Source: Candidatus Lloydbacteria bacterium RIFCSPHIGHO2_02_FULL_50_18 | GTDB lineage: Bacteria; Patescibacteriota; Minisyncoccia; Phycocordibacterales; UBA6899 | Assembly: GCA_001821395.1 (NCBI GenBank) | Contig: MHLM01000012.1 | Location: forward strand, 64,001-128,000 | Reading direction: 5' to 3' | Length of the DNA stretch: 64,000 nucleotides | In this document: one piece after another, positions 50,374-59,707 of the stretch | How positions within the stretch are numbered: the stretch's first letter is position 1 | Layout of the letters: every line of letters begins with the position of its first letter | Translations under genes and position numbers: made by a program | Notes under the pieces: generated by a model | Database searches by the model: none | Told to the model about the DNA's origin: nothing | The model's input: the letters and a program-made list of their open reading frames with translations, nothing else

Positions 50374-51195
50374 ATGGTCAGTACGGAAAAGCTAGCCCCG
50401 GGCTCCATCGTGGGAATATTCTTTGAGAAGGAACAGTCCATGCAAACAGATAAGACAGACTCGGCTTCTGCAACGCCGGAACAACTCGCGATGCTTACTG
50501 GCGAGTTCGCTCTGGCTCTGGCTAAGGCAAAGCCATCCGCCGCTCTCATGCAGCATCTGCTCCGAAGCAGGGTGGCAACACGGAAGATGATCATCGCGGC
50601 CCTATCGACGCAGGGAAGAATCAGTCACACGATTGATCCTCGCCTCGTGCAGTGTCAAAAGCTATGGGAGAAACTCGGAGTGGTGCTCGACTGCATGGAC
50701 AATCTTGTCATGCCGGAAATCCCATCCGGTTGGCGCGGTATCGCCATCATCCCACCACTCACAAATGAAGCACTCCTCGCTCTTTGCAAAAAGCACTTTC
50801 CGATATGGTCGAAACGCGATGGCCTCGACAATATCTTGAGAGAACAAAATCGACCACGATGCACCTACGTCGTCGTCCATCGTGGTGGTATGGAGCCGGA
50901 TAAAGAGCATCGTAATAAGAGTCATGATGATGCGGTCAATGAAGGTTTGTATTTTTTGACGCTGAAGGAGCGTATCTGCATCGAGCTTCTTCATTTCATA
51001 AAAACAGGCAAGCATTTTGATGTTAAGGGGACCATGACAGTCACATCCTCGCTGACGATGGGTGGCGATGCGTTTAATGTGTATTGGAGTTCGCATATTC
51101 AGACGTTCATTGTGGATGGTTGCCGTACGGTGACTTCGTACTCGACGAATGGGCTTCGTCAGGCCGTTTTCTTTGGATTGAAGCCTTACCGTTGA
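50374..51195 (+). CDS. hypothetical protein (possible paralog of 43018..43866)
   Basis: 273 aa; shared ..VVHRGG.EPD.. motif. Confidence 0.5.
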   Translation: MVSTEKLAPGSIVGIFFEKEQSMQTDKTDSASATPEQLAMLTGEFALALAKAKPSAALMQHLLRSRVATRKMIIAALSTQGRISHTIDPRLVQCQKLWEKLGVVLDCMDNLVMPEIPSGWRGIAIIPPLTNEALLALCKKHFPIWSKRDGLDNILREQNRPRCTYVVVHRGGMEPDKEHRNKSHDDAVNEGLYFLTLKERICIELLHFIKTGKHFDVKGTMTVTSSLTMGGDAFNVYWSSHIQTFIVDGCRTVTSYSTNGLRQAVFFGLKPYR

Positions 51196-51214
51196 TTGCT
51201 GAGCCGACACTTGT

Positions 51215-51288
51215 GCCGCAGCGTGTGTCTACTATTATCATGATCCCGATCATGTTTTCCGCCTCGGTTAAGAGGCGGTTTTTTTATA
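51215..51288 (+). repeat. non-coding duplicate (~96% identical) of 50252..50330 (3' end of ORF 49940 + terminator)
   Basis: gccgcagcgtgtgtctactatta(c/t)catgatcccgatcatgttttccgcctcgg(a/t)taagagg(t/c)ggttttttta; no start codon in copy 2. Confidence 0.75.
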
Positions 51289-51317
51289 AGACAAATTTTT
51301 GACTTTCCTGAAAGTTA

Positions 51318-52367
51318 ATGTATGGTGAGCACTGGTTTTGTACTTTTATATCTAACCTGAGGAAAGACATGGACATTAATACGTCTGACCCCGGTGACAA
51401 TGGACGACGGGGTATCGATAGGGGTTTGAGCGACAGGCGCGAGTATGACCTTGCCAGGACCCTCATTGGAACGTTGCTGTTCGTTAAGTTATATCGAGCT
51501 GCAGGCGCTCTCAAGTTCCTGAAGGCGCTCAAGGTTCTTGGTCCTCTCATGATGGTGGTCTCCGGAATTTTCACGGGAGAGATCTATTCTCTCGTCATGA
51601 AAACCTCCCTTGTTGTGGGGCTGCTATTTTCTCTTGCGGTGCATGAGCTCGGTCACTATGTTGCGACGAAGCGATGCGGCCTCCGCGCGGCGTGGTGGCT
51701 CTTCATTCCATTCGTCGGAGCGTGGATGGAAGCGCCGGATTTTCGTTCCCGCAATGACGAGGCGTGCATCGCTTTTGGTGGTCCTTTCATCGGAGGGATA
51801 TTTTCTCTGATATTGTTCTGTGCATGGTTGGTACTACCGCTGTCCAATGAATGGGGAAATATTCTCTTCACCATAGCTTTCCTTTCGACGATGTTGAATC
51901 TCTTCAATATGATCCCGCTTTCGCCGCTTGATGGCGGAAGGATCACCGAAGGGGTGAGTATCTGGTTTCGCGTCGCAGGGTTCGTTGTATTGATCACGCT
52001 TTCTCTCTATACCGCTCAAGCATCGATGGCTCTTGTGTGGTTGCTGGTGATGAGTGAAGTTCGGATGTCCGCACGATTGAGGTTTGTCACGGCGGCGCTC
52101 ATGCTGATCCTTATGGCGGTACTCATTATACTGGGGTATCACGGGCCTTCCGCTCTTGAAGATTGGTGCTATTTTGCGGTCGGCGTATGGCTGCTCTCCG
52201 CTTTTTATAAGCGTTGGAAGAATCCGCCCCCTCGGCATGATCATCGCAATGTCAGATTGACTCCAGCGGAGCGAAAAAAATGGAAACGTTCGTACTGTGG
52301 GCTCCTTCTTTTCCTCATCGTATTGTTTGCCGCATTTTTCCCTCACATGAGCAAACTTGCTTTTTGA
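51318..52367 (+). CDS. M50-like membrane zinc metalloprotease
   Basis: AVHELGHYVA HExxH and NLFNMIPLSPLDGG motifs; multi-TM; terminator 52371..52400. Confidence 0.65.
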   Translation: MYGEHWFCTFISNLRKDMDINTSDPGDNGRRGIDRGLSDRREYDLARTLIGTLLFVKLYRAAGALKFLKALKVLGPLMMVVSGIFTGEIYSLVMKTSLVVGLLFSLAVHELGHYVATKRCGLRAAWWLFIPFVGAWMEAPDFRSRNDEACIAFGGPFIGGIFSLILFCAWLVLPLSNEWGNILFTIAFLSTMLNLFNMIPLSPLDGGRITEGVSIWFRVAGFVVLITLSLYTAQASMALVWLLVMSEVRMSARLRFVTAALMLILMAVLIILGYHGPSALEDWCYFAVGVWLLSAFYKRWKNPPPRHDHRNVRLTPAERKKWKRSYCGLLLFLIVLFAAFFPHMSKLAF

Positions 52368-52474
52368 GTTGAATAACTCGCCGATAATCTCGGCGAGTTT
52401 TTTGTGCATTGTTGAATTGCATACTGTTGAGAGCAGTACTATACTTTATGTACATTAATATATATCCTCTCGTC

Positions 52475-55219
52475 ATGTCCTCAACAAAAAGGTTTTTTTC
52501 ACTGTGCATGTTTGGCATATTCCTCCTTCCCTCACTCGCCGCTGCTGACACCACCATCTCCTCCAACATCACCACGAATCAAACCTGGACCACGGCAAGC
52601 AGTACATACATCGTCACCACCGGTATTGCGATCAACGCAGGTGTCACCCTCACCATCAACCCCGGAGTGATCGTGAAGTTCAGCGGGATCATGTCCGGCA
52701 TCACCGTGAATGGGACGTTAAACGCCCAAGGAACCGCACTTGCACCGATATACTTCACCTCATACAAAGATGACACCGTGAATGGTGATACGAATGGCGA
52801 TGCGACCTCAACAACCCCAGCCGGGGGCGACTGGTTTTGGTTCTCCATTCCCGCGGGCGGAGCAGCAACGATCGACAACGCGATCATCCGCTATGGCGGC
52901 AGTTTCAATACTGCGCTGTTCTATAATAACGGAGGTAACCTCACCCTTGCGAACTCCGAAGTCGCATCCAGTTCCAAGTATGGCATCTGGACATATTCCG
53001 GCATATCAACTATCGCTTCTTCCACCATCGATCACAACGCGAGCTACGGTATCTATCATACGGGAGGCACCACTACCGTTGCCACGAGTACGATCCGCGA
53101 TCACAGCACCTATGGCTTCTCCACCCAGAGCGGAACTGGAAATCTCATCCTCACCAACAATATCTTTTCCGGTAATCTTCAAGGTGGAGGACTGGTGAAC
53201 TTGGCCGACAGTGCAAACGTGACCCATACGAACAACAGTGCAACGGGGCAAGGAAAGGGTGGCATGGTCATCTATGGTTCTCCCAATAAGGCACAGACAT
53301 GGGGAGCAGACCCGCTCTTCCCGTATATTATCTCAACGACAACAGGGTCGGTCACCGTGAGTACGTATGCCATCACCCTCAATCCCGGTGCGATCATCAA
53401 ATTTGAAGGAACAACCGCAGGGTTTGCGGGCAATTCAGGCACCTTCACTGCCGCGGGAACTACACAATCTCCCGTATATTTCACCTCCATCAAGGACGAC
53501 ACCGTGGGTGGCGACACCAATGGGAATGGCACGGGTACCACTCCATCTGCGGGGGATTGGGATGGTCTCATGTCCCAGAACTATAGCAATCTCACGTTGA
53601 ACAATACCGTGATCCGCTACGGTGGCTCAAAGATGCTCTATGCCAACGGTGTGAACAGCGTCATCAACCTATTCAACTCAGAAGTTGCCAGCAGTTCAAG
53701 TGCGGGAATCTATAGTGATGCAGGAACAGTGAATGCCACCGGTACGAGCATTCACGACAATCGCTACGGCTATTATCACGGCAATGTCCAAGGCAATAGC
53801 ATTGCCCACATTGCCAATGCCGGCAACACCATCTATCGCAATAGCACCTATGGTATTTATAACAATGGAACCGCCCTCGTGAATGCCGAGCAGGTATACT
53901 GGCCGGCGACAACAACGGGAGCGACGATGAATGGGCCGTATAGTACAAGCACCAACCCAGGGGGGCATGGAGATGCTGTGCTCCCCACATACATCGACTT
54001 TGATCCTTGGCTCTCTACCGTGTCAGGAAATATCGCAACGAATACCACGTGGACTGCTTCGAGTACATATGTCATTGATGGAACGCTCACGGTGAATGCG
54101 GGGACGACACTCACGATTCCTGCAGCTACGGTGGTGAAGTTTGCCAATGCAACCTCAAAGATCAGCGTCTCGGGGAGCTTGGTTGCAGATTCTGCAGCGT
54201 CTTCCTCACGAATATATTTCACGTCAATCAAGGATGATGCGGTGGGAGGGGATACCAATGGAGATGGGGGTGCGACTTCACCTGCTGCGGGAGATTGGGA
54301 TGGGATCAAAGTGAATGCGGGAGGCGTTGCAACACTGAACTTCATTTCTGCTCGCTATGGAGGAAGTGGTGGGCCCATGCTTTGGAACTATGCAGGAACG
54401 TTGGATCTTAATAATTCAGAAATTGCGAGCAGTAGTAATACGGGAATCTTCCATTCCTCGGGTGCCACGCAATTAATAGTTCGAGCTTGTGATATTCACA
54501 ACAATAATTATGGCATATTTGTTGACGACAGCTCGCTTGTGACAATCGGCAGCAACAATATTCATGGCAATGTTGTGGGAGTAAATGATAATACTTTTTT
54601 TGGGATTGATATTAGATATAACTATTGGGGTGATGCAAGTGGCCCATATAATTCTGTCTATCACCCGACTGGGACCGGTGATACCATCGTTGAGAATGCG
54701 TTTACGCTTGTTTCTCCATGGTTAGACAGGGTACATTATTTGTATTTCTTAAACCACAATTTGGTTACTTCGATTACCAGTGGAGTATTGGATTGGAATT
54801 GGTTCAACGGCACATCTACTTATGCGACGGCTTGGTATGCAGGAGTTAACACATGGAACACATATGGAAATTCGGTTGGAGGAGTTACTTTTGCAACAAG
54901 TACCACGGCAACATCCTCAGCTGATTTACTCGTTTTGGACATGGCTAGCTCATCTAGTGATTTATTCTATGCCATCTACGACCCCTTTGTTACTCCTACG
55001 GAAATTAAATTTAACCCTTATTATATGAACACTGCAACTGCTAATATAAGGCAAATGACCACAACTCATGAACTTGGTCATGCCCTAGGGCTTTGGCACA
55101 GTTATATAAACAACATCATGATTGCATCCCCAGCTTCAACTACTGGTCAGGTTTCACTGGGCACTCAAGATATGTTGGATTACGATTATTGTTGGGTGAG
55201 TCATAATTGTGGGATATAA
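52475..55219 (+). CDS. large secreted protein: signal peptide, three ~270-aa parallel beta-helix-like super-repeats, C-terminal metzincin (HELGHALGLWH) protease domain
   Basis: Repeated YFTS(I/Y)KDD.V.GDTNG..G.T.PAGDW and I(R/I)YGGS...NSE(V/I)ASSS blocks; HEXXHXXGXXH at residues ~880; start at MSSTKRFFSLCMFGIFLLPSLAAA within ORF 52409. Confidence 0.7.
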   Translation: MSSTKRFFSLCMFGIFLLPSLAAADTTISSNITTNQTWTTASSTYIVTTGIAINAGVTLTINPGVIVKFSGIMSGITVNGTLNAQGTALAPIYFTSYKDDTVNGDTNGDATSTTPAGGDWFWFSIPAGGAATIDNAIIRYGGSFNTALFYNNGGNLTLANSEVASSSKYGIWTYSGISTIASSTIDHNASYGIYHTGGTTTVATSTIRDHSTYGFSTQSGTGNLILTNNIFSGNLQGGGLVNLADSANVTHTNNSATGQGKGGMVIYGSPNKAQTWGADPLFPYIISTTTGSVTVSTYAITLNPGAIIKFEGTTAGFAGNSGTFTAAGTTQSPVYFTSIKDDTVGGDTNGNGTGTTPSAGDWDGLMSQNYSNLTLNNTVIRYGGSKMLYANGVNSVINLFNSEVASSSSAGIYSDAGTVNATGTSIHDNRYGYYHGNVQGNSIAHIANAGNTIYRNSTYGIYNNGTALVNAEQVYWPATTTGATMNGPYSTSTNPGGHGDAVLPTYIDFDPWLSTVSGNIATNTTWTASSTYVIDGTLTVNAGTTLTIPAATVVKFANATSKISVSGSLVADSAASSSRIYFTSIKDDAVGGDTNGDGGATSPAAGDWDGIKVNAGGVATLNFISARYGGSGGPMLWNYAGTLDLNNSEIASSSNTGIFHSSGATQLIVRACDIHNNNYGIFVDDSSLVTIGSNNIHGNVVGVNDNTFFGIDIRYNYWGDASGPYNSVYHPTGTGDTIVENAFTLVSPWLDRVHYLYFLNHNLVTSITSGVLDWNWFNGTSTYATAWYAGVNTWNTYGNSVGGVTFATSTTATSSADLLVLDMASSSSDLFYAIYDPFVTPTEIKFNPYYMNTATANIRQMTTTHELGHALGLWHSYINNIMIASPASTTGQVSLGTQDMLDYDYCWVSHNCGI

Positions 55220-55230
55220 CATTGAAAACC

Positions 55231-55959
55231 ATGAACAAAGATATAAAAGATATAATAATCCTTCTTACTGCACTCCTGCTCTCTGCCATCGTCATTGCTG
55301 GAATATATTACAGAGCAAAAAGAATACCCGAAGAAACTCCAGGAACCTTGAAAAGATATCAGCTCCAAGGAACACCTGATCATCCGGCGATGTTTTATCC
55401 TACCGATCTGACTAAAGATATAAACCTATTGGGCTCATCTCATGATGTTTTCATAGGAAAAGTCATTTCTCAAACTGGTGACAAAGAAACTCAGATTGGA
55501 CCACGCACACAATATTCGGTGGAAGTTATTGATAATATTAAGGGTAAGTTAAAAGATATTGTAACCATTGACATGCTGGGTGGTTATGACAAAGATGGCA
55601 AGTTGGTAGTAATCGAAGAAAATGATTCAACTGATTTTCTCCTTAAACCAGGCTCAACTTACCTCTTTGCTACCCGTTATAACGAAGAAGAGGATTGGTA
55701 TACTCTAATTTCTCACCCGAATGCTCGAAAAATTATAAGTACAGATAACACAAAAAATGAAGCCGCTCTCATGGCTCTCATCGACCAAGACGAAAAGGTA
55801 AAATCCTTTGAATCCGCATACGCCCATGAAGTTCTCCTCGACGCCGACATCGCCCACGGAAATACTCGTAACTCCTTCCAGTCTCTCGCACCAGCGGAAA
55901 AAGCCGCCGCCCAATCCCGCGCTGATGCGGCAAGAGCCTTGCTTGAGGCAATGCAGTAA
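55231..55959 (+). CDS. N-terminally membrane-anchored protein, partner of the beta-helix/metzincin gene
   Basis: MNKDIKDIIILLTALLLSAIVIAGIYY TM anchor then soluble ~200-aa domain; start overlaps upstream gene stop; 5' region duplicated at 56196. Confidence 0.5.
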   Translation: MNKDIKDIIILLTALLLSAIVIAGIYYRAKRIPEETPGTLKRYQLQGTPDHPAMFYPTDLTKDINLLGSSHDVFIGKVISQTGDKETQIGPRTQYSVEVIDNIKGKLKDIVTIDMLGGYDKDGKLVVIEENDSTDFLLKPGSTYLFATRYNEEEDWYTLISHPNARKIISTDNTKNEAALMALIDQDEKVKSFESAYAHEVLLDADIAHGNTRNSFQSLAPAEKAAAQSRADAARALLEAMQ

Positions 55960-56002
55960 GATGCTTCTGCGGGGGTATACTTATTTGTGAACACAACGGC
56001 TC

Positions 56003-56185
56003 ATGAACAAAAAAATACTAAAATACACACTTGTCATCTTTGGGATATTCCTGCTCGGAGGCGTCGCGTTGTCGATCCATTTGTTCATCCAAAGTAAATT
56101 TGGTGTTTACGCTCCTCTAGATCGCGGATTTCCGGTAAGGACATTCCATCCAACGGGTATTAGTATTGATCAACCCAGCATTTGA
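56003..56185 (+). CDS. small single-TM protein (possibly degenerate copy of same family)
   Basis: MNKKILKYTLVIFGIFLLGGVALSI N-terminus echoes MNKDIKDIIILL... Confidence 0.3.
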   Translation: MNKKILKYTLVIFGIFLLGGVALSIHLFIQSKFGVYAPLDRGFPVRTFHPTGISIDQPSI

Positions 56186-56195
56186 ATGGATACCT

Positions 56196-56380
56196 ATCAT
56201 AATTGTGGGATATAACATTGAAAACTATGAACAAAGACATAAAAGATATAATGATTCTTCTTATTGCACTTCTACTCTCCATCGTCGTCATTGCTGGAAT
56301 ATATTACGGAATAAAAAGTACTCAAGGAACTGTAGTTTCAACATATTCTCATCAGGGAACGCCTGAAAATCCGGCAATGT
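56196..56380 (+). repeat. ~190-bp duplicate (~85% identical) of 55203..55400 (junction: ...HNCGI stop + 5' part of membrane-anchor gene), encoding a truncated 47-aa copy
   Basis: cataattgtgggatataacattgaaaac(c/t)atgaacaaaga(t/c)ataaaagatataat... shared. Confidence 0.7.
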
Positions 56381-56897
56381 AGAATTTCATAGAAAACAAT
56401 AATTATGGAAGCTCTAAAAAATGAATTAAAGAAAACAATGGTCGTATGGAGAGATGCGTTAATCTGAGAAAAAAGATTTGCTAATCTGAAAAAGCTATTC
56501 CTCGTTATTTTGGGTGTGGCTGTGTTTATCATTATCTTTCCGATGCCAACGAGGTGCAGGATAGAAAATCATGGAGCATATAGGCCGGCTAACGATTTAG
56601 TAATTGGTGCATACGTGGTTCGTGATTGTTACCCACCAAACCGTGCTGAATTTTGGCAGAACCCACAATTGAGTTTTGAATTTCGCTGGTTATTTGTTCC
56701 CACGTTAGACAGTATAACTGGTCATCGAGGTGTCAGTGTAATAAATATCCATCTATAAGGTAATCCCACATTCGCGTAAGCAATAAAAACTGCTACAAGG
56801 CGGGTCTTTGTTTTTTGTCTGGGCTATTCCTCGCGAGCACTAAGGTGTTCGCATATTGCTGGTCTGCGATAATCTAGTCTTATATAATAGACTCATA

Positions 56898-57320
56898 ATG
56901 AAACAAAATATACTCCTCGCGCTTACTGTTGCGGGCTTACTTTTCTCGGGTTATCTCGGCGGACTGAAGTTGTTTTCCGACACGTGTGCATTTAACGAGA
57001 CATGCGCGACATTTTTAGGGTACCCGACGTGTTATTACGGCTTTGCGATGTACCTCTTGATCTTTGTCCTTCTTCTCGCGTCGCGTTTCGGGAAGATGGG
57101 CGTTTCCCGCGCTCGGTACGGAGTAGCCGGTATCTCTTTTGCGGGCATTCTTTTTTCCGGATATTACAGTTTCCGCGAGTTATCAACTCTTCTTCGTGGG
57201 GATATTTCCGATTTTTTGCTCGGATTGCCGACCTGCGCATACGGATTCATCATGTATGTGGCTATTTTGGGCTTTGCGTTGTCATCGATACGAGAAATTC
57301 AAAAGAAGAAGTTGAACTAG
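56898..57320 (+). CDS. 4-TM membrane protein with internal duplication (G.PTC.YGF.MY twice)
   Basis: LGYPTCYYGFAMYLLIF and LGLPTCAYGFIMYVAIL halves; start at MKQNILLALT within ORF 56856. Confidence 0.45.
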   Translation: MKQNILLALTVAGLLFSGYLGGLKLFSDTCAFNETCATFLGYPTCYYGFAMYLLIFVLLLASRFGKMGVSRARYGVAGISFAGILFSGYYSFRELSTLLRGDISDFLLGLPTCAYGFIMYVAILGFALSSIREIQKKKLN

Positions 57321-57369
57321 CTGCTATTTTGCAGAAAAATTGAGATATTTTATTCTGTGTCGTCACAAA

Positions 57370-57398
57370 TTGACAGTCGTTGAGCCATTTGTTAGTAT
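57370..57398 (+). promoter_or_regulatory. sigma70-like promoter TTGACA-17-TAGTAT upstream of rpsZ
   Basis: ttgacagtcgttgagccatttgttagtat. Confidence 0.5.
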
Positions 57399-57529
57399 CC
57401 AAGCACGTTTCTTTTGATCCGCCTTTCTCCTTTTTGACCCCAAATCTTGGGAGCAAGAAGAAAACAGGCGTGATATTGAAAGGGCGTATTATGTCCGACC
57501 GCGTCGAGGTTGGTATTTATCTATTTATT

Positions 57530-57712
57530 ATGGCAAAAAAATCAACAATTGCACGACAACTCACCCCGAAATTTCCGGGTCGAGCAGTCAATCGCTGTTT
57601 TAAGTGCGGGCGAAAACGCGGCTATATGAGAGCTTTCGATCTCTGCCGTATCTGTTTTCGTGAATTAGCAAACGAGGGAAAGGTCCCCGGAATAAAGAAA
57701 TCATCATGGTAA
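57530..57712 (+). CDS. rpsZ: 30S ribosomal protein S14 type Z (zinc-binding)
   Basis: [10 protein letters not shown]...[34 protein letters not shown]; 60 aa. Confidence 0.85.
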   Translation: MAKKSTIARQLTPKFPGRAVNRCFKCGRKRGYMRAFDLCRICFRELANEGKVPGIKKSSW

Positions 57713-58113
57713 TCACCGACCCAATCGCAGACATGTTCATGCGCATCAGGAATGGCGGTGCCGCCAAGAAGACGGTGGTGTATATCCCATTTTCTGATCT
57801 CAAGATGCGTATCGCAAATACGCTTATGAAGGAAGGATATTTAAGTTCAGTGTCAAAGAAGATACTCAAAGGCCGTATCACGGAGCGCATGATCGCCGTT
57901 GGTATCATTTATAGTGAGGACAAGCTTCCCCTCGTTCGAGGAATGGAGCGTGTCTCTCGTCCGTCGTGTCGTTCATATATTGGTGCAAAGGAACTGCGTC
58001 CGGTCAACCAGGGTCACGGCATCATGCTTCTTTCGACTCCAAAGGGTATTCTCACGGGAGAAGAAGCCCGCAAGGAGCACGTGGGAGGTGAAATTATTGG
58101 CAAAATCTGGTAA
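57706..58113 (+). CDS. rpsH: 30S ribosomal protein S8
   Basis: [14 protein letters not shown]-terminus. Confidence 0.9.
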   Translation: MVITDPIADMFMRIRNGGAAKKTVVYIPFSDLKMRIANTLMKEGYLSSVSKKILKGRITERMIAVGIIYSEDKLPLVRGMERVSRPSCRSYIGAKELRPVNQGHGIMLLSTPKGILTGEEARKEHVGGEIIGKIW

Positions 58114-58124
58114 TTCCCATCACT

Positions 58125-58658
58125 ATGTCCCGTTTAGCTAAAAAACCAATAATCATTCCCGAGAAGACGACCGTCACACTTCTTGACCACGTTGTCACTG
58201 TTAAGGGTCCGCTTGGAACACTTTCACGCGCATTTCCAAAGGTCATCGACGTAGCCATCACCGAAGGTCAGATCAATGTTTCACTCAATAATCCTAGCCG
58301 AGATTTCAAGGCACTTCTTGGTACCGCCTGCTCGCATATCAAGAATATGATCGCAGGGGTCAATAAGGTCTATGAAAAGAAGCTCATCATCGAAGGTATC
58401 GGCTATAAGGCAGACGCGAAGGGCCAGTTACTCACGATGGCGCTCGGCTTTTCACATCCCGTGAAGCTTGAGGCACCGGAGGGGGTCACCGTTGTCACTG
58501 AGAAGGGTTCCATGACGATCTCCGGTATCAGTAAGGAGGCGGTCGGACAATTCGCTGCGACTGTACGCTCTTGGAAGGTCCCTGAGCCGTATAAGGGAAA
58601 AGGCATTCGTTACTCCGATGAGGTTATTCGCCGTAAACAGGGTAAGAAAACCGCATAA
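58125..58658 (+). CDS. rplF: 50S ribosomal protein L6
   Basis: MSRLAKKPIIIPE...two L6 repeats. Confidence 0.9.
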   Translation: MSRLAKKPIIIPEKTTVTLLDHVVTVKGPLGTLSRAFPKVIDVAITEGQINVSLNNPSRDFKALLGTACSHIKNMIAGVNKVYEKKLIIEGIGYKADAKGQLLTMALGFSHPVKLEAPEGVTVVTEKGSMTISGISKEAVGQFAATVRSWKVPEPYKGKGIRYSDEVIRRKQGKKTA

Positions 58659-58659
58659 T

Positions 58660-59010
58660 ATGAAAAAGACAGAACTCAAAAACTATCATCGCATGCGACG
58701 ACACAATCGCATCCGTGCAAAAGTGTCGGGTACCGCAGCGATCCCTCGTTTGGCGATATTCCGATCTGCACGACACATCACCGCACAATTGATCGACGAC
58801 GAGAAGTCATTCACGATCGCCGCTTCAGGTGACGTGAAGAGCGTGAAGGGCACGAAGCTCGAGCACGCAACTGCCGTCGGTACGGACATCGCAGCAAAAG
58901 CAAAGGAGAAAAAGATCACCAAGGTCGTATTTGATCGCGGTGGATTCCTCTACGCAGGTCGCGTGAAGGCACTCGCCATCGCTGCACGGGCTGCTGGTCT
59001 CATATTTTAA
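58660..59010 (+). CDS. rplR: 50S ribosomal protein L18
   Basis: PRLAIFRSARHITAQLIDD...VFDRGGFLYAGRVKALA; start MKKTELKN inside ORF 58618. Confidence 0.9.
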   Translation: MKKTELKNYHRMRRHNRIRAKVSGTAAIPRLAIFRSARHITAQLIDDEKSFTIAASGDVKSVKGTKLEHATAVGTDIAAKAKEKKITKVVFDRGGFLYAGRVKALAIAARAAGLIF

Positions 59011-59012
59011 TC

Positions 59013-59696
59013 TTGACTATTACTATGGAAGAAAAAACACAACAAACAGCTCCAGTAGCTCCGGCCAAGGTCGCAACACAAGGCGGCGTACCGGTGCGTG
59101 CGTATACCCCTCGCCCTGCAGGCGGTGCTCCCCGATCTTCGGGCGGAGCACGCGTAGGAACGGGACGTGGCGGTGCAAAACCGCCTGAGCGCCGAGGTGG
59201 CGGTCGCGGTGGACGCACTGATCGTCCGAAACCAGAATATGACCAGAAGTCAATCGATGTGCGACGCGTTGCACGTGTCGTTGCAGGAGGTCGCCGCTTC
59301 TCTTTTTCGGTCGCAATGATCATCGGCGATAGGAAGGGCAAGGTCGGAGTCGGTACCGGGAAGGCCGGTGATATCTCGATGGCCATGGACAAGGCGGCAA
59401 AGGATGCCAAGAAGCACATGATCACCGTGAAGCTCACGAAGACGAACTCGATCCCGCATGAAGTGTTCGCGAAGGCGTCGAGTGCGGTCGTAGAGATCCT
59501 TCCCGCACCATCGCGCGGACTGGTCGCAGGATCAGCGATGCGTAACTTGCTTGAACTCGCAGGTATCACGGATGTTTCGGCAAAGATTCGCAGCGGTTCA
59601 AAGAACAAGCTTAATATGGCACGCGCTGGGATCAAGGCGCTTTCCACTCTTCGTCCTCGTGTACGAAAGGAGGCCGCAGTTACTCAAGAGAAATAA
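59013..59696 (+). CDS. rpsE: 30S ribosomal protein S5 with Gly/Arg/Pro-rich N-terminal extension
   Basis: VVAGGRRFSFSVAMIIGDRKGKVGVGTGKA core. Confidence 0.9.
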   Translation: MTITMEEKTQQTAPVAPAKVATQGGVPVRAYTPRPAGGAPRSSGGARVGTGRGGAKPPERRGGGRGGRTDRPKPEYDQKSIDVRRVARVVAGGRRFSFSVAMIIGDRKGKVGVGTGKAGDISMAMDKAAKDAKKHMITVKLTKTNSIPHEVFAKASSAVVEILPAPSRGLVAGSAMRNLLELAGITDVSAKIRSGSKNKLNMARAGIKALSTLRPRVRKEAAVTQEK

Positions 59697-59707
59697 GCCA
59701 CAGACAT

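Noticed and set aside
52579-54345. Multiple 60-160-aa ORFs on both strands inside 52475..55219
   Set aside because: Shadow ORFs created by the repetitive, GC-skewed beta-helix coding repeats
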